From the human T2T-CHM13v2.0 reference genome, Homo sapiens, in assembly GCF_009914755.1 (NCBI RefSeq), contig NC_060938.1: 64,000 nt of DNA; one strand, given 5' to 3'. This document shows, piece by piece, positions 1-14,380 of this stretch; positions within the stretch are counted from its first letter, which is position 1; each line of letters begins with the position of its first letter. A program made the translations under genes and the position numbers. The notes beneath the pieces were generated by a model, which worked only from the letters and a program-made list of their open reading frames with translations, ran no database searches and was not told the DNA's origin.

Positions 1-230
1 TTTTCAGCTCTATGGTTTCCAGAATGAATTTTACAATGGCAGTTTGAAAGTCCTTGTAAGATAATTCCCAAATCTGCTTCATCTTGGTGTTGGCACCCAT
101 TGATTGTCTTTTCTCATTCATGTTATGATTTATCTGGTTCTTAGTATGATGAGTGGTTTTTCATTATAGTCTCGATGATTAGGCTATTATTTTATGAGAC
201 TCTGAATCCTAATCTTTCTTTGTTTTTATT
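1..230 (-). mobile_element. Old L1 (L1MC/L1MD-type) 5'/ORF1-start fragment; may extend to about 900
   Basis: The reverse complement of 51-160 (atgaatgagaaaagacaatcaa...gaattatcttacaagga) aligns by eye with the plus-strand old L1 at 25981-26090. Confidence 0.6.
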
Positions 231-875
231 AGCCCATCTTCTTGTTCAGTTGTAGTGTGAAGGCAGTCTAGGTATGTATGTATATTTAGTGTACCATTGG
301 GTCTCAGCAAAAGTGGAATTAAACTTTACACTGCCTGTACTGCAGACAGGCAGAGTGGAAGTTCAGCCCTACCGATAGCTTCTCAGCAAAAGTATGGCAC
401 CAACTTGTCTCTGAAAGGAATTATATGATGCGTTTTTCTTTGGACCAAGTGCTGCTAGGGTTGGGAAAAGTGGAGGGTTGACTTAGATCACTCTGTTGTT
501 GCATAAATGAAGGCAGAAAGTCGGCTCCCTGCTGGGGCCTAGTGACACGGAGGAAGCAGAATATCAACTACCCCACCTCCAACCACCTACTTCTTTCTTC
601 TTAATGTGGTGGAGGTGGGAAGTTCAGCTCTTCATTAGGCTGCACTGACATCAGAGGAGAAGGTAAACAGTGTCTACTACCCCAACTTGTATCACACATT
701 GACTATTTTGTTGATGCCACATGGAGGTAGACACCGAGATCACCACTTAACCCCACTGATACGCACTTAGGAATGTGAAGCACAGTGGGCCTGGCCTCCC
801 TTCACAGGGGGTAGATACTGTGTTTGTCCATATTACTCACCTTGTGTGAAAGCACTTCTTTCTCTGAATCTGTTA

Positions 876-2800
<1,925 letters not shown>

Positions 2801-2802
<2 letters not shown>

Positions 2803-3051
2803 CAGATGACAGTATCCTACATCTAGAAACCTCCATCAACACAGCCCAAAACCTTCTTAAACTGATAGGCTGCTTCGGTAAAGTCTCAGGATACGAAATC
2901 AATGTGCAAAAATCATAAGCATTCCTACACATCAACGACAGACAAGCAGAGAGCCAAATCATGAATTAACTCCCATTCACAACTACCACAAAGATTATTA
3001 AATACCTAGGGATAAAGCTAACAGGGGAAATGAAGGTCCTTTTCAAGGAGA
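2801..3051 (+). mobile_element. Inverted 5' segment of the same L1 (ORF2 RT region)
   Basis: tgcagatgac (ADD of the FADD motif)...aagtctcaggatacgaaatcaatgtgcaaaaatca...ttcaaggaga. ORF 2703-2918 ends ADDSILHLE...[12 protein letters not shown]. Confidence 0.9.
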
Positions 3052-3866
3052 TTCATTTATAATGTCTAATGATAAATATTCCAAGCCATCAGAAAAAGTC
3101 TTTATATTAAAAAGCGACATTAGGCATCATCTAGTCTCCTGGACTACCAGAAGCTAAAAGAGGTCTAATGACTCACCAAAGGTCATATAAGGATATGCAG
3201 AATAAAAACCCACGATGGCAGAAGTCCAGTCCCTTTTACTTGTGCATGCTCCTAGTTTGAATCCTCTTACATTTTGTGAATTGTAAGCATAGTTTGCCAT
3301 ATTGATAAATCATAATGACTATAATAAATTAAACCAGCCTAATTTCAAGTGGATATATTGTCGGATATTAGATACATTAATTAACACACTTTTAAAATTT
3401 TAACTGATTGAATAACAAGTACTCTCTTAGTACTTGTTATTCTACTTAGGTAGTAGAATTATAAAGATAGATATGGTTTAGTCTTTTCTCTCATTGAGCT
3501 CATAAAGCAATTTAGAAACCTAAAATATTATTTTAATATGTTATTTTATTTTTGTAATAATATGATGAAACACTGAATAGTTTTCTACTGCTTTGCACAA
3601 GGCTTTTTAAAATATATTTTATCATGTACCTTTAAATCATTTTCTAAGAAGTTTCCTAGGGATTAAGAAGAGAGGGTCTCTTTGACCAGAGAGTGAGAAG
3701 CTGAATAGGAGCAATGATGGAATCCCCCACCAAAATTCAGCATACCACCTTTTTAAGATATGGCCCATATGTTAAGAATTATTTTTAAATAACTACAAAT
3801 TTATAACTTGATAATTGTCAATTATATTTCATGACAAATGAAATTTCTATGATATTCACATTTTGA

Positions 3867-4026
3867 TTTTATTAGAACACAGTCACCCTCATGTATTTGC
3901 TTATTGTCTATGACTGGTTTCACTCTACAATGGCAGACTTGAGTAGCTACAGCAGAGACTATATGACCTGCAAAGCATAAAATATTTACTATCTGACCCT
4001 TTCTAGAAGACCTTTGCTGAACCCAA
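3867..4026 (+). mobile_element. MER58A-like hAT-Charlie DNA transposon fragment
   Basis: ttttattagaacacagtcac...gagactatatgacctgcaaagcataaaatatttactatctgaccct matches the recalled MER58 3' half. Confidence 0.8.
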
Positions 4027-4107
4027 ACTGAATAATCTTTGTAAAATATCGACTGGTGTTCTAAGATTTTTATATAATAGTTTAAAGGCTATGTTCTTTG
4101 GCTAGTT

Positions 4108-4585
4108 GTTTTTTAAAATTCATTTTATTTATTGTGAAACCATATTATCGTTGTATGATTGGCACACAGAAACCTATAAATACTTAATGTATACAACTTG
4201 ATGAATCTGGAGACAATTCATCTCAGGAAACTATCACCACAATCTATGCCATACACCTATCCATCACCTCCAACAGTTTCCTCCCACCTTATTATTATTC
4301 ATATTTTTTGTGTGTGTGGTAAGAACACTTAAGATCTACCTTTTAAAGAAATATGTAAGCACATATACAGGACTGTTCACTATAAACACTATGCTGCAAA
4401 GTAGATATCTGGGACTTACTCATTGTTGTGTAACTGAAACTTTGTACCCTTTGACTAAGGCTTCCCCATTTCCCCCCTTCCTCTAGCCCCTGGCAATCCC
4501 ATTTCACCTTCTGCTTCTATGAGTTTGACTAGTTTAGGTTCATCATATAAGTGGCATTATGTAGTATTTTTCTGTGTCTGACTTG
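4108..4585 (-). mobile_element. L1MB-type 3' end
   Basis: gtggtaagaacacttaagatctacc...taactgaaactttgtaccctttgac...ctgcttctatgagtttgact. Confidence 0.8.
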
Positions 4586-4629
4586 CAGCTAATTATTTTT
4601 AAGAAATCCTGGAAAGTACCACGGTATAC

Positions 4630-4770
4630 CATTTAATATTCACAAGAACCCTATGATATCAAAATAATTTCCACTTTATCTATAAGGAAACATATGTTGA
4701 GTGACACACCAAATGTCTGTGACTAGTCAGTGGCAGGACAGACACAGAAACTAGTTTGCTGTTCCCGGTC
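4630..4770 (-). mobile_element. MIR SINE fragment
   Basis: Degenerate antisense MIR core: tcacaagaaccctatga...aaggaaac...ctagtcagtggcag. Confidence 0.5.
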
Positions 4771-5858
4771 AGAACCCTCCCATATATGTGAAAAAAATAT
4801 ATAAATCATATTATGGAGATTTTTATTTATTTTAGCAGCCATTCATTTCTGAATGTCCCTGAATGTCTGAATTAGAAAAAAATAGTAATTCACGATGCCA
4901 AAACTCAGCTAGCATTTTAATTCAATTTAGCACTTAATATAACTACATTAATCTGAAACAATAAAATACACATCTATTAATATAGTGTCTTTAGACTTAA
5001 CCATGTGAATTATATTTTCATTCTAATGATCAAATGCATAACAATAATTTTTAAAAGTGCTCTTAGAAGTCAAGCATCTGGGTTACATGTTGAGGAAATT
5101 TGTGTAAATCCCAAGTTATAAAATAGCAATTTATTATCTTGATAAAAACTGTCCTACTGAAAAAAACAATATCACATTTAAACTAGTATATAATTAGCAT
5201 GTCATTTTTATATTTTATCTGATTTTCCATTTAGACTTTTTCTGGTATTTTAAAGGCATACAAAAATGAAGAAATCATTTATGTTTAATTATTTTATAAA
5301 CTTAGAATACTCATTAGGCTGTTCAGTTTTGATAGTTTTGGTTGCTGTAAAAATATGGCTCTTGATGTGGTTCCTACAGAAATATTTGCTTACAGGGTTT
5401 TAAAAGGTTAAAGTATATTAGACAATTTAGTTCAGCCTACAAGTAATATGGAAGGCTCATAATGAAAAAAATATACATTTAATTTAAATGCATTTAAACA
5501 TACTGAAATAGAGGTGAATCTGTCAAGTTGTTCTCATTTATTTGTTGGATGTAAACTTATGATTTTGAAAAATTACACTTCAAGAAATGCTAACAGAAAG
5601 ACGTATTTCTATGGAATGATAAGAACTATAATCACCAAAAGATAGAGAAGTAGGAAAATTATAGCATTATAATATCACCATATGTTTTACAAGGAATTCA
5701 CTTGTAGAAAAAAAATGCTTGCTTCGGTGTAAAACTATAAGTTGTCTATACCGTGTCTAACTCCTTGTTATACAACTAATTTTATTGGAGCTATTTTAGA
5801 ACTCCATAAATTATGGATATCTGATAGTGATGCAAAACATTTGTTGCTTATAAACAAA

Positions 5859-6059
5859 TTTTTTTTTTTTTTTTGAGATGGAGTCTCGCTCTGTCTCTCA
5901 GGCTGGAGTGCAACGGGGTGATCTTGGCTCACTGCAAGCTCCGCCTCCCAGATTCATGACATTCTCCTGCCTCAGCCTCCTGAGTAGCTGGGACTACAGG
6001 TGACTGCAACCAAGTCCGGCTAACTTTTTGTATTTTTAATAGAGACAAGGTTTCACCAT
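5859..6059 (-). mobile_element. AluY/Sc-type, 5'-truncated
   Basis: Poly(T), then gagatggagtctcgctctgt..ctgcaagctccgcctccc..gggactacagg. Ends within the left monomer at ggtttcaccat. Confidence 0.92.
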
Positions 6060-6379
6060 TATTTTCTATGTAAATTCTGTCTTGTCTGGTAGAGAGTCAA
6101 ATGACTGATTTCCCCCACTATGGAAGAATCTGTCTTTATTTTTACATTTATTTTAATATTCCAGTTACAAAAGTGTGTCTTTTTAAATTCTAATTTGAAC
6201 CTGTTAAAATATTTGCCTGGTTCCCTGATTATGGTTAAAGAAAATCTATAACATATATTCATTTGTATATCCTTATGAGAATCATGATTTTGCATTTTTG
6301 TTAATATTATCTTTGAACAGTTTTGGAGGCTTCCCACTGCAATACTCAATGGAATCACCTAACAGAACCAGGTCAAATT

Positions 6380-6960
6380 TATTATTAAAAATGTGCACCT
6401 TATAAATAGTTTAAGTCCAGGTGAGTCTTTCCTTGGGTCCCAGAGGAGAATCCAAAGAATCAAGAGAAGTTTGCTGACTCTGTTTCCCTAATTCTGTTTT
6501 TTCCCTACTAATTTTGCATTTTTGTTTTTAGAACTGGTATGTTTATAGCCAATTCTGCAGACAGAAGTAACTGGTAATTTCATTTTACATGTTACTATTT
6601 GATGATCTCTGAAATTTGATTAATAGCTTTTAGGTATCTATTCTCTGTTGGAGGAGAGAAAAGAGAGAATCTGGTTTGTAAGTCTTTCCCTGTTTGTTTG
6701 TTTCCCTGTCCATTTTGGGCTCTAATCAGTTAAGAAGTTTGTGCTTACCAAAAATACAAACAAACAAACAACTTTTTTTGATATCTGGACCAGTAGGTTT
6801 GTTCATCTGTTTGTTTACATGTTTATTCTTGATCCAAGACTGAAATTTTAGTATTGAAGCTATAAGCCCTCTCTGTATGTATGTGTTTGTCTATCTGCAA
6901 TTTAGCAGACTCCTGGTTGCGTGAATGTGTAACACTTTCTTAGCACTGGATGCTATTAAC
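6380..6960 (+). mobile_element. Possible ERV1 (MER4-group) internal leader fragment
   Basis: ccag/gtgagtc donor-like site and gactgaaattttagtattgaagctataag..ctgtatgtatgtg resemble MER4-group internal sequence. Weak recall. Confidence 0.3.
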
Positions 6961-7499
6961 AAATTATATTATATAGTCTCGTGAATTAAAGAAACAGGCA
7001 CAGTGCAGAATGAGTTGGAGTAATAGCAGTAGCATACTATTCCTAGGGGAAGCTTTACCAACTGGCCCTCCTATGTCAGTGACAGGGTGTGCATGGTGCT
7101 AGCTCTAGCAGCAGTAAACAGGATAGTATTTTATTTAGCCTACATCTTCTGTGATAAGATTTTGATTGAAATTTGATCTCTGATCCTTTATTAATTGAAA
7201 CTCTTTCAAAAATTGAAACCCATTTTTTTTTACCTTGCTTGAGATCTTTTCAGCTTCAATTTTTTTTTCTAAATAAATAATCTTTCTGCTTTATTTGGCA
7301 GATTCAACTTCTGTCTGTTAAAACTAAAATCCATAATTAATAGAAATATTACCACTAAGAATAACTGCATAAAAGTATTTCAACAGGACAATGATTAGAA
7401 TTTGGAAGATTTTGCTAGTTGGAGTTGAAAGTTGTGGAAATACAGATAATATTAATGGAAGGACTTCTAGCAACACATGGTATTGCTTTGAAAAAAGAG

Positions 7500-7890
7500 A
7501 TAATTCTATTATTACCAGTTACCTCTTAATGTTTTCAAGATTTTCTCAGAAGTACTGCAAGAAAAAAAAATACAAGATCAAAAAAAAAGGCAGATGAAGA
7601 GCACACAGCAGAAAAATGCTGCAGTGGAACAGAGGGCAATTGTACCATGCATTCCTCCACAGGTGTAAAGAAATGGGTGGTACACATAGCTTCTATGAAT
7701 CAGGAACCTATGGCAGAAACAAAAGGATCAAGGAAGAAATAAGAAAACAACAAAAGATGATTAAAAATGCATTGGCCGTGAGCAAGAAAGAAGAGGAGGA
7801 AACAAATGAAAATATCACAAAAATAGAGGTCATATTAACAACAAAATAAAGGCGAAAAGATACAGATTAAAGCAAAGCAGCAAACTGGCA
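7500..7890 (+). mobile_element. HAL1 (half-L1) ORF fragment
   Basis: cagaaaaatgctgcagtggaacagagggcaattgtacc...gcttctatgaatcaggaa resembles HAL1. A-rich sense strand and K/E-rich ORF 7616-7849. Confidence 0.5.
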
Positions 7891-7891
7891 G

Positions 7892-7951
7892 ACACACACA
7901 CACACATGCACACACACACACACAGGCACATGCACATGCACACATACACAT
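7892..7951. repeat. Imperfect (CA)n microsatellite
   Basis: acacacacacacacatgcacacacacacacac... Confidence 0.9.
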
Positions 7952-7952
7952 G

Positions 7953-8555
7953 CTTTTTTAGAGCAGTTTTACAGTCACAGAAAAATTGAGAAGAAAGTAC
8001 ATAGAGTTCTCAAATACCTACCACTCACACTCACAGCTTCCTCCACTATCAAAATCCCACAACACAGTGGTACGCTTGTTACAGTTGGTGAACCAACATT
8101 GACACCCACAATGCATAGTTTACACTAGGGTTCACTCTTGGTGTTATACATTCTATGGGCTTGGACAAATGTACAGTGACATGTATCCATCATTACAGGA
8201 CCATACAGAATAGGTTTATTTTCCCCAAAATCCTTTGTGCTCAGCCAGTTAATCCCTCCCTCCCTCCTAAACCCTGGCAACCACTGATCATTTTACTGTC
8301 TGCATAGTTTTGTTTTCTCTAGAATACCATGTAGTTGGAATTATACAGTATGAGGCCTTTTCAGTTTTGCATATTTTACTTAGCAATCTTTATTTAACTT
8401 TTATCCTTGTGTTTACATAGCTTGATAGCTCACTTCTTTTGAGTGCTGAATAAATTCGATAGTCTGGATGTAACAAAGTTTATCCATTCACCTACTGAAG
8501 GGCATATTGGTTGTTCCCAAGTTTTGGCAATTATGAATAAAACTGCTTTACATTT
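7953..8555 (-). mobile_element. L1MC1/2-type 3' end
   Basis: ttttagagcagttttacagtcacagaaaaattgagaagaaagtaca...agggttcactcttggtgttatacattctatggg. Confidence 0.85.
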
Positions 8556-9249
8556 TTAAAAAAAGAATTTATTTTTAACTTAGACTTTCAGCATTTTCTC
8601 TATGATATATATAGTTACAGTTCACTTTGTGTTTAGTCTACTTCAGATTCATTGATCTAAACCTGGTTAAAATAGCTGGTAGAACTATTGGTTATTTTCC
8701 TTCAGGAGGAGGTTCTTACATTCTAAGGCAATGCTTTTTTAGGATAGCCCAAATAACTTACTTCAAAAGTGTAAATTTGGAAATAAGGGCACTGTGGGAT
8801 GCTGGGCACCAAGTGGTAAAAGTGACATCTTTTATTTAGCTGTCTAGTATTTAAAGACTCTTTTTATCTGTGGAGATGTCTCCATGTTAAGAATCTAGTG
8901 GAAGACAGTACAACTCTCAGATTTGAGGTTAACAGTGCCAGATAATCACTTCCTTCATATATCATAAACCTCCAATGTTCTCCCCGCCTCCCCTGCTCCT
9001 CACATAGTACCTAGACTTTGCACGTCCTATAAAAAGTTGAGTTGAGTCATCGATGAGGAGTGATTGAAGTAAAGGAGATGACAGCAGGTAATTTATTCTT
9101 GAGGTCATATAATAGCAATGACATCTAGTTTCTAAAGATAGTCCTAGTGTCTACTGTGCAGTGCTTTGCAGGGTCATTGTCCTTACAAAATTGTTGTAAT
9201 GACACTCTGCGGTGTTTTTTGTTTGTTTTTGTGATATTAGAGTCTCAAC

Positions 9250-9395
9250 CTTTTCAGCACTTGCACACTTGGTTTAGCCTAATTCTCCAGACATTTGGAA
9301 ATTCTATGAGCTTCTTATACCGTTTAATAAATTGTCCCTTGCTTAAGTCAACCAGAATCAGTTTCTGTTGTTTGTAACTAAAAAGCCCTGCTCAC
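9250..9395 (+). mobile_element. Old MLT1 (MaLR) LTR 3' end
   Basis: aataaattgtcccttgcttaagtcaaccagaatcagtttctgttgtttgtaactaaaaagccctg. Confidence 0.6.
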
Positions 9396-10290
9396 ATGAT
9401 GGAAGAAAAAAATGTCATCCAAAAAGGTAAAATTATCATAAAAATGCATAAACATATAAAATGAAAATAAATGCTGAAAAAAGTACCTAAGCAGTAATGT
9501 GCTCAAAGTATAGACACTTTTCTTAAATCACAACGGAGGCCTTGTATTGTCCCTATGGATTAATAGGAAAGTGAAAAAGGGCTGATCTAACAGAAGGGAA
9601 ATGGAGTGAGGTTATTTGTACATTAAAAGTAATACTTAGGCTCCTTTATTTTTTCAATTACAATTCTTTACTATTTTTGTGGAAAGAAATCTAAAATATT
9701 TTATTTATTTTTACATCATTTGGAAAGAAATGATTCCTAGAAGTCCATGTAACATATTATATTCTAATAAATGAACTATGTACACGTTAGTCAGCTCACA
9801 CTAAGTTACACAATGCATTATCTAAGAAAAGAAAAAAGGTAAAATATCGTGATCATAACAATTATGAGAAAAATATTTGAACTACCCAAAGTAAGTTGGA
9901 TATTTTAATTACTTTTATAATTGTTAAATTTGAATGTCCAATGTATTTGATTGATAAAATTCAAATAATTTCTTAAATAACTATATGGTAACTAGATGCT
10001 CACAATAACTTAGCAATATGTCAGAAATTTATTTGTGATAGTTGTATCATCTTATACATTTTTACAGTATTTTCAATAGTCTTCATTGTTGTTCTTTGAA
10101 AGAAAAGGCAGTACATAAAATTTACAATTTAAATAAAAATCCCTAAAATGTAAAACTGTATATATAACCAAAATCTAATAAAAAAGAGCATGTAAAATTA
10201 GTTCCTAATAATTTTCTTGAATTGTTCAATCTTATCTTTTACTGCTAGGTGCAAGCCAATCTATGGAAAAGCACCTGATTTATCTAAAAT

Positions 10291-10415
10291 AGGAAAAGAA
10301 AAAGAAAGAAGAAAAAAAGAAAGAAAGAAGAAAGAAAGAAAGCAGGGAGGGAGGGAGGGAGGGAAGGAAGGAAGGAAGGAAAATGGAAGAAAAAAAAGAA
10401 AAGGAAAAAGGAAAA
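10291..10415. repeat. Purine-rich (GAAA/GGAA/GGGA) low-complexity tract
   Basis: About 125 nt of almost pure purine; explains ORF 10217-10516. Confidence 0.92.
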
Positions 10416-10639
10416 ACCTTGTTTGGCTTTATCTCAAGACCAACAAAATCACATCTGTGGTTTACAAAGAGAAGTATATAGTACTTCCATATTCACGACT
10501 TAAAAGGAAGGAATAAAATATAGGTACTTAAGCTGACAGAATATTATAATGATTAACTTACATTAAAATATATTCTGTCATAAAAGGTTATTAAACACAA
10601 TTGTTAATTTACATATGTGTATGTATATTTAAATTTACA

Positions 10640-11205
10640 AACAGAAAAAAATTGTTTTCTGCTGTACAAATATGAGTTTTAACAGAACCATTACAATCAA
10701 TACACAGAAGTGTTCTTTCAACCCAGAAAATTCCCTCCTAGTGTTCCTCTAAAGTCGATATGTATACCTGTCCTAACCACAAGAAACACAGCATCTTTGT
10801 TTTCATCACTACACTTCTGCTTTTTACAGAATGTTGGATCAATGGAATCATAGAATACATACCTTTGTTAGTCTGGCCTCTCAGTATAATATGGATTGGC
10901 TGATGCTTTAGCATATCTCAATAGGACACTTCTTTCTATTGCTGAGAAGTATTCTATTGGATGAATCTATCAAATTTTGTCGATTCACCAGTTGAAGAAC
11001 ATGTGAATTGTTTCACTAGATTTTGCATAAAACTAGTATTAATATTGCCATGCAGGATTTGCGGTAAGCAGAAGTTTTTAGTCACATAAGTAATGCCTAG
11101 AAATAGGAATTTCAGTTCATATGCCAATTGTACTTTCAACTTTGTAAAACCTACCAAACTCTACCAAAGTAACAATACCAAATAGCATTCTCATCAGTTT
11201 CTCCC
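10640..11205 (-). mobile_element. L1ME-type 3' region, left part (split by THE1A)
   Basis: aatggaatcatagaatacatacc..tattgctgagaagtattctattggatgaat..gattcaccagttgaagaacat. Confidence 0.75.
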
Positions 11206-11557
11206 TGGTATTGTTTGGCTGTGTCCCCGCCAAATCTCAACTTGTATTGTATTTCCCGGAATTCTCAAGTATTGTGGGAGGAACCCAGGGGTAGGTAATT
11301 GAATCATAGGGGCCAGTCTTTCCTGTGCTATTCTCGTGATAGTGATTAAGTCTTATGAGACCTGATGGTTTTATCAGGGCTTTCCACTTTTGCTTCTTCC
11401 TCATTTTCTCTTTTGGCCACCATGTTAAGAATGCCTTTCGCCTTCTGCCATGATTCTCAGGCCTCCCCAGACATGTGGAACTGTGAACCCAGTTAAATCT
11501 CTTTTTCTCTCAGTATTGGATACGTCTTTATCAGCAGCATGAAAACAGACTAATATA
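11206..11557 (+). mobile_element. THE1A 5' LTR
   Basis: tggtattgtttggctgtgtccccgccaaatctcaacttg...ctttatcagcagcatgaaaacagactaatata; preceded by TSD ctccc (11201-11205). Confidence 0.93.
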
Positions 11558-13127
11558 GTAAATTGGTACCAGTAGAGTGGGGCATTGATGAAAAGGTACC
11601 TGAAAATGCAGAAATGACTTTGGAACTGGGTAACAGTCAGAGATTATAACAGTTTGAAGGGCTCAGAAGAAAACAGGAAAATGTGGGAAAATTTGGAACT
11701 TCCTAGAGACTTGTTAAATGGCTTTGCCCAAAATGCTGATAGCAATATGGGCAATAAAATCCAGGCTGAGGTGGTCATATATGGAGATGAGGAACTTGTT
11801 GGGAACTAAAGCAAAGGTGACTCTTGTTACGTTTTAGCAAAGAGACTGGTGGCATTATGTCCCTGCCCTAGAGATTTGTGGAACTTTGAACTTGAGAGAG
11901 ATGATTTAGGATATTTGGCAGTAGAAATTTCTAAGCAGCAAAGCCTTCAAGAGATGGCTTTGGTACTGTTAAAGCCATTCAATTATAAAAGGGAAACAAC
12001 ATATAAGTTTGAAAAATTTGCAGCCTATGTGATAGAAAAGAAAATCCCATTTTCTGGGGAGAAATTGAAACCAGTTGCAGAAATTTGCATAAGTAGCAAG
12101 GAGCCTAATGTTAACCCTGAAGACCATGAGGAAAATGTCTCCAGGCCATGCCAGATACCTTCATGGCAGCCCCTCCCATCACAGGCCTGAAGGCCCAGGA
12201 GGAAAAAGTGGTTTTGTGAGCTGGGGCCAGGGTCCCCACAAAGTGTGCAGCCTAGAGACTTGGTGACCTGTGTCCCAGCCACTCCAGCCGTTGCTGAAAG
12301 AAGCCAATGTACAACTCAGGCTGTGACTTCAGAGGGTGGAAGGCCCAAGCCTTGGCAGCATCCATGTGGTGTTGAGCCTGAGGGTGAACAGAAGTTAGTA
12401 ATTGAGGTTTGGGAGCCTCTGCCTAGATTTCAGAAGATGTACGGTAATGCTGGATGCCCAGGCAAAAGTTTGCTGCAGGGTCAGGGGCCTCATGGAGAAC
12501 CTCTGCTAGGGCACTGTGGGAAGGAAATGTGGGGTTGTAGCCCTCACAAAGAGTCCCAAGTGGGGTGCTGCCTAGCGGACCTGTGGGAAGAGAGCCACCA
12601 TCCTCCAGATCCCAGAAAGGTAGATCCACCGACAGTTTGTACTGTGCTCCTGGAAAGCTGCAGACACAATCCCAGCCCATGAAAGCAGCTGGGAGGGAGG
12701 CTGTACCCTGCAAAGCCAAAGGGCATAGCTGCCCAATACCATGGGAACCCACCCCTTGCGTCAGCCTAACCTTACTTGAGACCTGGAGTCAAAGCAGATC
12801 ATTTTGGAGCTTTAAAGTTTGACTGCACTGCTGGATTTAGGACTTGCATGGGCCCTGTAACCTCTTTGTTTTGGCCAATTTCTCCCATTTGGAATGGCTA
12901 TATTTACCCAATACCTGTACCCCCGTTGTATCTAGGAAGTAACTAGCTTGCTTTTGATTTTACAGGCTCATAGGCAGAAAGAACTTGCCTTGTCTCAGAT
13001 AAGACTTTGGACTGTGGACTTTTGGGTTAATGTTGAAGTGAGTTAAGATTTTGGGGACTGCTGGGAAGGCATGGCTGGTTTTGAAATGTGAGCATGTGTG
13101 ATTTGATTTGGAGGGGCCGGGGTGGAA
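11558..13127 (+). mobile_element. THE1A-int MaLR internal region, about 1.57 kb, decayed ORF
   Basis: Starts gtaaattggtaccagtagagtgggg and ends in the polypurine tract ggaggggccggggtggaa. MaLR peptide ALCPCPRDLWNFELERDDLGYLA. Confidence 0.93.
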
Positions 13128-13453
13128 TGATATGGTTTGGCTGTGTCATCACCAAATCTCAACTTGAATTGTATTTCCCAGAATTCCTGCATGTTTTGGG
13201 AGGGACCCAGGGGAAGGTAATTGAATCATGGGGGCCCGTCTTTCCCATGCAATTCTCATGATAGTAAATAAGTCTCATGAGATCTGATGGGTTTTTCAGG
13301 GTTTTCTGCTTTGCTTCTTCCTAATTTTCTCTAAGCCCCACCATGTAATAAGTGCCTTTCACCTCTTGCCATGATTCTGAGGCCTCCCTAGCCATGTGTA
13401 ACTGTAAGTCCAATTAAACCTCTTTTTCTTCCCAGTCTCGTATGTCTTTATAA
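13128..13453 (+). mobile_element. THE1A 3' LTR with a short subterminal deletion
   Basis: tgatatggtttggctgtgtc...ccagtctcgtatgtctttataa, then TSD ctccc (13454-13458). Confidence 0.92.
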
Positions 13454-13800
13454 CTCCCCATTCTTACTAGCATATGGAATTTTCATTATTTTAACCATTG
13501 TAAAAAGTGTGTAGTGTTATCTTACTGTGGTTTTAATTTGCATTCCACTAATGACTAATGGTGTTGACACCTTATCATATGCTGTTTTGCCAGCTTTATA
13601 TCTCCTTTAGAACAGTGTTTGTTGAGAATAGAGACAAATCTACTTTCTTTCTGTCTAGATTTGCTTTTTTTCCTGATATTTTACATTAATGAAATCATAC
13701 AATATGAGGTCTTCATGTGACTGGCTTAATTCACCTAGCATAATGTTTCTAAAGTTCATGTTGTATCATGTACCAGTATTTTATTCATTTTTATTTCATT
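13454..13800 (-). mobile_element. L1ME continuation (to about 13628) plus a second L1M 3' fragment
   Basis: gtggttttaatttgcattccactaatgactaatg; aatgaaatcatacaatatg..gactggcttaattcacctagcataatgttt. Confidence 0.7.
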
Positions 13801-13924
13801 TTATTCAATATGTAAATAATATTCTTGTAAGGGTATATTCTTCATTGTTCTCAAGAAAAGCAGAACCAATATGATAAATGAATATATAAATAGATTTTTT
13901 TATTTTTTAGAATTAAAAAATATA

Positions 13925-14380
13925 TTTTGTTTTATTTTAAGTTCCGAGGTACATGTGCAGGATGTGCAGGTTTTGTTACCTAGGTAAATATGTGCCATGG
14001 TGGTTTGCTACACCTATCAACCCATCATCTAAGTATTAAGCCTGGCATGCATTAGCTCTTTTTCCTGATGCTCTCCCCCGTCTGCCCTCCCCTGACTGGC
14101 CCTAGCATATGTTGTTCCCCTCCCTGCATCCATGTGTTCTCATTGTTCAGCTTCCACTTATAAGTGAGAACATGTGGTGTTTGGTTTTCTGTTCCTGTAT
14201 TGGTTTGCTGAGGATCATGGCTTCCTGCTTCATCCATGTCCCTTAAAAAGACATACTATCATTTGTTTTTGTGGCTGCATAGTATTCCATGTTGTATATG
14301 TACCACAATTTTTATGATGGTCATTTGGATTGATTCCATGTTTTGCTATTGTGAATAGTGCTGTAATGAATATATGCATT
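13925..14380 (-). mobile_element. L1PA8-10-type 3' end
   Basis: ttttaagttccgaggtacatgtgcaggatgtgcagg...gctattgtgaatagtgctg. Confidence 0.9.

Noticed and set aside
10217-10516. K/R/E-rich ORF
   Set aside because: Translation of a GA-rich simple repeat.
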